Source: a virus. From it: a stretch of 64,000 nucleotides of DNA. A model generated the notes under the pieces. The model saw only the letters and a program-made list of their open reading frames with translations, made no database searches and was not told the origin of the DNA. Location: positions 1-64,000 of the IMG/VR virus record IMGVR_UViG_3300049783_000824, one strand, 5' to 3'. The first letter of the stretch is position 1. Each line of letters starts with the position of its first letter. Below, in pieces: positions 59,005 through 64,000 of this stretch. The position numbers and the translations under genes were made by a program.

Positions 59005-59216
59005 GTTTTAATCCATAATATTATTGCAGCAAATAAAATATTTAATGCTAGTGATGCCGTACCAACACATTTCCAAAGTTTAGTTTCGTCTCGATATGGA
59101 TTGTATGTCATATACTGACTTAATAGAGTGTAATACTTCTTTTGGTAATATGCAAGCTCTTCTTCATGTTCACCATCAAAATCTTGTCCCATTTTCATTA
59201 TATCTCCTGCCCACAT
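59001..59216 (-). CDS. Small protein with C-terminal TM
   Basis: C-terminal VGTASLALNILFAAIILWI; start may be the internal ATG near 59198. Confidence 0.45.
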   Translation of the reverse strand: MWAGDIMKMGQDFDGEHEEELAYYQKKYYTLLSQYMTYNPYRDETKLWKCVGTASLALNILFAAIILWIKT

Positions 59217-59356
59217 TCATGTTTGCAACTATTACAACAGTTACACAGTTCATAATTTAAGTTGATTTCGCTTTTGTAAGGACATTGGTGGTATGTTTCC
59301 CCACCCCTCCCACATCGATCACAATCATTTACTCTATCATTAGTATCTTGTTCCAT
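59198..59356 (-). CDS. Small Cys-rich zinc-binding-like protein
   Basis: CDRC...HQCPY..EIN...CNCCNSCKHEC; ATG 59356 after GGGG. Confidence 0.5.
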   Translation of the reverse strand: MEQDTNDRVNDCDRCGRGGETYHQCPYKSEINLNYELCNCCNSCKHECGQEI

Positions 59357-59377
59357 TTTATACCCCGTATGTTTTAT

Positions 59378-59433
59378 AAAAAAAGCAGAAGGGGTGTGTA
59401 GGAGCAGGCTATGAAGACCTATATACACACCCC
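59378..59433 (-). terminator. Long stem-loop plus U-tract after the MoxR gene
   Basis: GGGGTGTGTA/TACACACCCC 10-bp stem with 23-nt interior; T-run follows on the minus strand. Confidence 0.55.
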
Positions 59434-59443
59434 CCCACCTTAC

Positions 59444-60841
59444 CTAACCTTTCGCTAACATTTTTAAGTATTTGTCAACGCGGACCTCATCCATACCATC
59501 AACATCAATAAAGGACGCTGCACTCAACGAACCCCACATTTTACCCACACCATCAACATCATTAACTGCCTTATTGATTTGCTTAACAATATGGCTACCA
59601 ATTTGAAGATACGGTTTGGCCTTATCTTCAATAGCTGCATCAGATGTGTAGTGTATCATCAACGCTAAGAACTTAACACATTGAACATACACCTCAGTTT
59701 TTCCATTTGAATTGAAGTTATGGTTAACTGAATGTAGTGCAGAGTATCTCTCTGGGCGACCAGTAGAAACAATCTTCAATGCTTCCTTAACAGCATCTTC
59801 AAATGCTGACTCAGAAGAAAGGTCAAGTCCACGTTCCTTTGCCAGTTGGTCAAGAATCTGCAAAATAGGTCGCTTGGCCCCATTAGTTGCAATAATTGAA
59901 CCGATAATTGGTGCAATACATTCAACACTAGCATTTCCGATAATGACTGGGGCATTCTTAGCGTCATCTTCGGTAACTAAGTTACTGATAATATCCTTTG
60001 GAACAAAGTCAAAGAACCGTCTAATATAGTTTTCATTTTTGAGAATATGAGGGATTGCATCGGTTGTAAAATTAATATTTTTAAACTCACCCAAGCACGC
60101 ATCATCAGTGTCATCATACAGCTTTTTAAGTTTAGCTGTGATAGACCCAGTTCCCAACCGCTGGCGCAATTGTGTTAAGTTCAGTTCCTTGTTAGGTAGC
60201 ACATCTTTGAGATCACCACCAGCTTGGAACATTTCAACTGCATATTCAAGTCTTCTGGGTGATACCAGCTTGTTCTCATCACTGCTAAGATCTTTCCACC
60301 ACTCAACTGCACCTTCACCAGCTTCACCAAACTTTTCCGTGAAGTAAAGCTTAGATGGCTTATATGGTATGTCAACAATTATCTGAAATCGGTCCTTTTG
60401 TGCTGGGTCAAGCGTCTCAACATCATATGACATATCTTCATCTTCATCATCTTCAGGGTTAATAGCTGCCCAAACCATGCGCAGGTTCTTAAATGGTACA
60501 CCATTAATAGACTTGAACTGGATAAGCTCCATAACCGCGTTACGCACCTTATCCTTGGAACGATTAAGCTCATCCATGAAGATAAACTCGACCTCATCAT
60601 TCTGGAAGTTCTTAGGTCGAACAAGTTCAATGAAACTTTGACCATTTTCGGTTTTCTCTTTAGGAACACCAACAAAGTCTACCCATGGGTCCATAGTAGC
60701 TGCTGAAAAATACTTCCACTTCAAACCATGACGCTCTGCAGCTGCCTTGATCATTGCAGTTTTACCAACACCGTGGCGACCACGCATTAGTACGTTAAGG
60801 TTGTTCTCAATATAAAAGTCTAGCTTCTTATCATCAATCAT
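59444..60841 (-). CDS. MoxR-family AAA+ ATPase
   Basis: GRHGVGKT, DFVGVP, FMDELNR, AAINP, LDPAQKDRF, SPRR. Confidence 0.85.
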   Translation of the reverse strand: MIDDKKLDFYIENNLNVLMRGRHGVGKTAMIKAAAERHGLKWKYFSAATMDPWVDFVGVPKEKTENGQSFIELVRPKNFQNDEVEFIFMDELNRSKDKVRNAVMELIQFKSINGVPFKNLRMVWAAINPEDDEDEDMSYDVETLDPAQKDRFQIIVDIPYKPSKLYFTEKFGEAGEGAVEWWKDLSSDENKLVSPRRLEYAVEMFQAGGDLKDVLPNKELNLTQLRQRLGTGSITAKLKKLYDDTDDACLGEFKNINFTTDAIPHILKNENYIRRFFDFVPKDIISNLVTEDDAKNAPVIIGNASVECIAPIIGSIIATNGAKRPILQILDQLAKERGLDLSSESAFEDAVKEALKIVSTGRPERYSALHSVNHNFNSNGKTEVYVQCVKFLALMIHYTSDAAIEDKAKPYLQIGSHIVKQINKAVNDVDGVGKMWGSLSAASFIDVDGMDEVRVDKYLKMLAKG

Positions 60842-60872
60842 AGTTTTCTCCGTTTAGTTTCGATGTGGGGCC

Positions 60873-60936
60873 ATATTAACCCTATTGACTAAGTGTGTCA
60901 ACACCTATTGCTATTTTAATTTCAGTATGCCATAAT
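60873..60936. promoter_or_regulatory. Back-to-back sigma70-like promoters
   Basis: Minus: TTGACA (60901-60896)-17-TAATAT; plus: TTGCTA (60908-60913)-17-CATAAT. Confidence 0.55.
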
Positions 60937-60965
60937 GCGTTCCATACACATATAAGGAGAAATAC

Positions 60966-62414
60966 ATGAAAACAATTTCAAACCACGACCATATGAGGTT
61001 AGCTAGAGAATTAGAGAGACACCACGCCGTATTCGAGAGTATATGGTCAATTAGTCGCATTAGATTCTCAAAGAAAGTACCAACAGCAGGAGTATACTTT
61101 AATAAGAAGGGAGAGTGTGTAGATTTTGTTGTAAATTTTGATTTCTGGGAATCACTGTCCTTTCACCAGAAGTGTTTCGTGATTTCCCATGAGTGCATGC
61201 ATGTAACCTTAAACCATGGCATGCGTTCGATTAATTTTGGAAGAAGTAAACTGCTACATATAATGGCTAACTATGCACAAGACATTGTAATTAACCACGC
61301 ACTTGTTAACCGCTATGGATTTGATCGTTCAGAAATAGACCCACCAACAGAGGAAAGTCCTAACGGCAGTTACTGCTGGGTTGAAACCGTATTTCCAGAT
61401 GAAGAGGTTCCAGACGATCAGAACTTTGAATTTTATTACAATAAGTTAATGGAAATGGTCAAAGAAAAATTTGAAGAAATGTCAAAAAACGTCAAACTTG
61501 TCGATGAACACGGTAAGCCCAGTGAAGGTGAAGGTGAAGGTGAAGGTGAAGGTGAAGGTGAAGGTGAAGGTGAAGGTGAAGGTGAAGGCGAAGGCCAAGG
61601 CCAAGGTGAAGGTGAAGGTGAGGAGCTTGACAAGGATGATTATAATTTCTTTGATGCAAGTGAGGACTTCACTGATGTACTGGATAAACTTAATGGTGAC
61701 ATGAACGATAATGATAAGGATACCCTTAAAAAGTTTGTTGAAGACAACGAAGATAGTAATGGCCAAACTAAAGGTGGTAAGGGTGAAGTTGGGGCCAGAG
61801 GCACTGAAGGTGGAACCAGTTGGACCTTCGCAAACAAATTAGAAAAAAAGAAAAAGAAAAATAAGTTTGAATCCATTGTTACAAGCTGGGCTAAAAAGAA
61901 ACTAGTCCCAGAATATAAAGTAGTAGACCAATGGGTACATACTGATCGCAGGTTTGCGTGTGTTGATAGCAACCTTATTTTACCAACAGAATATGAAACA
62001 TATGACAAAATTAAGTCTGACATTATAGATGTATGGTTCTACCAAGACACATCAGGTTCTTGCACTGGGTATACCGATAGGTTCTTTTCTATTGCAGAAC
62101 AGATGCCATTAGAGCGTTTTAACATGAGAATGTTTTGCTTTGACACCTCGGTATATGAAACTACATTAGAATCTAGAAAGTTGTATGGCTTTGGTGGTAC
62201 TGACTTCGATATTCTTGAGGAACATATTCAAGAAGAAATGAAGAAAGATCCAAAGCTTAAGTACCCCGAAGCAGTGTTTGTTGTGACTGATGGTTATGGT
62301 AATAACATCCAACCACAGTTCCCAAAAAACTGGCACTGGATGCTTACACCTGATGCTACAAAAAACTGTATCCCAGATACATGTAACTTCTATAACCTTA
62401 CTGACTACGAGTAG
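60966..62414 (+). CDS. DUF2201-like metallopeptidase plus VWA domain protein
   Basis: PTAGV, HECMH, NYAQD..IN; MIDAS DTSGS, FDT, GGTDF, VTDGY. Confidence 0.85.
   Translation: MKTISNHDHMRLARELERHHAVFESIWSISRIRFSKKVPTAGVYFNKKGECVDFVVNFDFWESLSFHQKCFVISHECMHVTLNHGMRSINFGRSKLLHIMANYAQDIVINHALVNRYGFDRSEIDPPTEESPNGSYCWVETVFPDEEVPDDQNFEFYYNKLMEMVKEKFEEMSKNVKLVDEHGKPSEGEGEGEGEGEGEGEGEGEGEGEGQGQGEGEGEELDKDDYNFFDASEDFTDVLDKLNGDMNDNDKDTLKKFVEDNEDSNGQTKGGKGEVGARGTEGGTSWTFANKLEKKKKKNKFESIVTSWAKKKLVPEYKVVDQWVHTDRRFACVDSNLILPTEYETYDKIKSDIIDVWFYQDTSGSCTGYTDRFFSIAEQMPLERFNMRMFCFDTSVYETTLESRKLYGFGGTDFDILEEHIQEEMKKDPKLKYPEAVFVVTDGYGNNIQPQFPKNWHWMLTPDATKNCIPDTCNFYNLTDYE
61524..61622 (+). repeat. (GAAGGT)n hexamer repeat encoding a Gly-Glu linker
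   Basis: Directly visible. Confidence 0.9.
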
Positions 62415-62424
62415 TAAATAAAAG

Positions 62425-62467
62425 TTATCCTTGGTTACTAGTTATAAATACAGATAACCAAGGATAA
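62425..62467 (+). promoter_or_regulatory. 13-bp perfect inverted repeat enclosing a TATAAATA late promoter
   Basis: TTATCCTTGGTTA / TAACCAAGGATAA; TATAAATA at 62443-62450. Confidence 0.75.
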
Positions 62468-62482
62468 TTAGGAGTCTATCAA

Positions 62483-63124
62483 ATGGCAAGAAGTATATTA
62501 GAAGGTGTAGTTAACGATCTAGTTAACAAAGAAACAATGAAACAGTTTATAGATAAAGTACATGCTAGCAGTGGTGTACCTAAAGATAAGCTTACTGAAG
62601 TTTATAACCAAGGTGTTAAGTTTGCTCTGAAATCTGGCAAACATGCGCTAACAACAGCAAAGGCCAATGTATTTTCCTACGTTAATTCTAACTCAAAAAC
62701 TATAACTGAGGTTAAAGAGTTGAGTGAAATTAATGAAGGGGATAGGTATGAGCGAACTTCCGATAGACTTAACCGTGGTGCGAAGGCAATGTTTGATAAA
62801 GCTATCCAGCGTGGACTATCATCTGAGGACTTATACCGCCAAGCAAGATTAGCTGATAAAATGGGCGAACCGCAAACCGATGCGCTGTTTAAGGCTGGTG
62901 ATATGCTTGCTAAACATGAAAAGCGTATGTTTGGTGAAGGTGATGCATACCAAACTGATGACGAACACTATAAAGATAAACTATATGGTCTTTGGGATAG
63001 CAAAGATAAGAAATGGGTAAGTAAGCATGTACCCAGAAGCAGCATGAAGCGATTGCGTAATAGGGCCGATAAACTTGACAACGAGTACGGTGCATATAGA
63101 TACCAAGTAAAGGAAGTAAAGTGA
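62483..63124 (+). CDS. Late protein, candidate internal head protein
   Basis: MARSILEG; ITE, INEG sites; C-terminal RNRADKLDNEYGAYRY module. Confidence 0.6.
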   Translation: MARSILEGVVNDLVNKETMKQFIDKVHASSGVPKDKLTEVYNQGVKFALKSGKHALTTAKANVFSYVNSNSKTITEVKELSEINEGDRYERTSDRLNRGAKAMFDKAIQRGLSSEDLYRQARLADKMGEPQTDALFKAGDMLAKHEKRMFGEGDAYQTDDEHYKDKLYGLWDSKDKKWVSKHVPRSSMKRLRNRADKLDNEYGAYRYQVKEVK

Positions 63125-63333
63125 AAAAACATTTAGAACACGTAGATATGACGTATACTGGGCATCTTACTGGTGCGTGGAAGGAAATATACTTTGCAAT
63201 AGTTATGATATTAAAACTAGTAACGCATAGTATATTCCCACAAGTATTTGTATCATGCTATAGTGATTATATTATAGGTTGCATTGAACGCAGAAGCATA
63301 CAATACCATAAGAGCACTAAGCAAAGTACTTAG
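63121..63333 (+). CDS. Small hypothetical protein
   Basis: HL..VDMTY.GHL...HSIFP.VF pattern; GTG start overlapping the previous stop. Confidence 0.5.
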   Translation: MKKHLEHVDMTYTGHLTGAWKEIYFAIVMILKLVTHSIFPQVFVSCYSDYIIGCIERRSIQYHKSTKQST

Positions 63334-63682
63334 CATCTACATCAATCTCTATAGGTCTTTTTAATGGCACAGCCTTATCAACATACATATTAGTATGGTA
63401 AGGCTTAGCACCACTCGCACGATCAATTGACCACGTTATATGGTACTTACCACCTTCAGGTCTATCACTAGTCCCATCTATTTCCACTAGGAACCCTTCT
63501 ACATCTTCACCGTTATCGATGTACCCTACAACCATAACTTTATTAGGTTGTTCGGGTACTTCTTTATCTTTTATACCAAACTTTTCAGTAATATGATGAC
63601 CAATAAGTGTAGAATACTTCGGTGGGAATAAGTCTAATAACTTTTGTCTGGAGCCAGATTCTAACTCGTAACCGTTATACAT
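63317..63682 (-). CDS. 2H phosphoesterase-like protein
   Basis: Two HxT motifs: GHHITEKFG and KYHITWS. Confidence 0.55.
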   Translation of the reverse strand: MYNGYELESGSRQKLLDLFPPKYSTLIGHHITEKFGIKDKEVPEQPNKVMVVGYIDNGEDVEGFLVEIDGTSDRPEGGKYHITWSIDRASGAKPYHTNMYVDKAVPLKRPIEIDVDAKYFA

Positions 63683-63683
63683 A

Positions 63684-63848
63684 TTATTCCCGCCCAACTA
63701 TACCGTACAGTTGCCCGACAAGATCATTGATTTCGGATAGCTCCTCATCATCCTCTACGCCAGTATTTCCCTCTTCTAATATGTCAGAAACACCCGAGAG
63801 GTGTTCACTAATATTTTTGTAAATTGCATCTCTTTCAAAATCAGTCAT
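63684..63848 (-). CDS. Small acidic protein (54 aa, absent from the ORF track)
   Basis: MTDFERDAIYKNISEHLSGVSDILEEG...GIVGRE; GGA SD. Confidence 0.5.
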   Translation of the reverse strand: MTDFERDAIYKNISEHLSGVSDILEEGNTGVEDDEELSEINDLVGQLYGIVGRE

Positions 63849-64000
63849 GGTATATCCGTTTGTTAAGTGTTCGAGTATGAACTAGGTAAAAAGTAACTGC
63901 TTACCACCTTCAGTTATAGGAACAATTTGTACATTCTTTTGCTGTTCGGCAGTTAACGTAGATACAAAGTTCTCGGCTAAATTCCTAGACTGTGCTTCAG

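Noticed and set aside
61471-61704. (VK)n and (FT)n ORFs
   Set aside because: Alternative frames of the (GAAGGT)n Gly-Glu linker.
1-64000. Stop-codon reassignment
   Set aside because: Conserved genes are full length in code 11, and TAA, TAG and TGA all end genes at expected positions.
1-64000. tRNA or other structured RNA genes
   Set aside because: No cloverleaf with T-loop and CCA end recognised in intergenic gaps by eye; tRNAscan-SE and Infernal would be needed to exclude them.

Overview
The whole window is a densely coding, AT-rich segment of a large lytic dsDNA tailed phage of the T4 superfamily, with a jumbo-phage-like, scattered gene order. It reads in standard code 11 and no tRNA, rRNA or CRISPR array was seen. 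Recognisable core genes are scaffold (gp22-like) and major capsid (gp23-like), enlarged neck proteins (gp13/gp14-like), small and large terminase, gp41 helicase, gp61-like primase, gp32 SSB, UvsX/UvsY/UvsW, clamp loader and GroES. Lysis genes are dispersed (M15 endolysin, i-/o-spanins, implying a Gram-negative host). Accessory genes include dCMP deaminase, DHFR, MazG-like, two HADs, PhoH, Bfd ferredoxin, ClpP, a sulfotransferase, a MoxR/VWA pair, a T5 A1-like phosphoesterase and Acb1 (anti-CBASS). T4-type late promoters (nATAAATA) precede many isolated genes. Most notable: (1) a miniaturised DnaE-type (Pol III alpha) catalytic core split into two ~190-aa genes 5.5 kb apart with the catalytic motifs retained; (2) a set of late genes with capsid-targeting-like N-termini, including Acb1, suggesting packaged and injected cargo; (3) RNA-level control elements (gene-32-like repeat operator, hairpins with the late promoter in the loop, two 4-5 codon mini-ORFs with perfect Shine-Dalgarno); (4) anchor-stalk-adhesin virion appendages. 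All calls come from motif recognition by eye; no database search was run.
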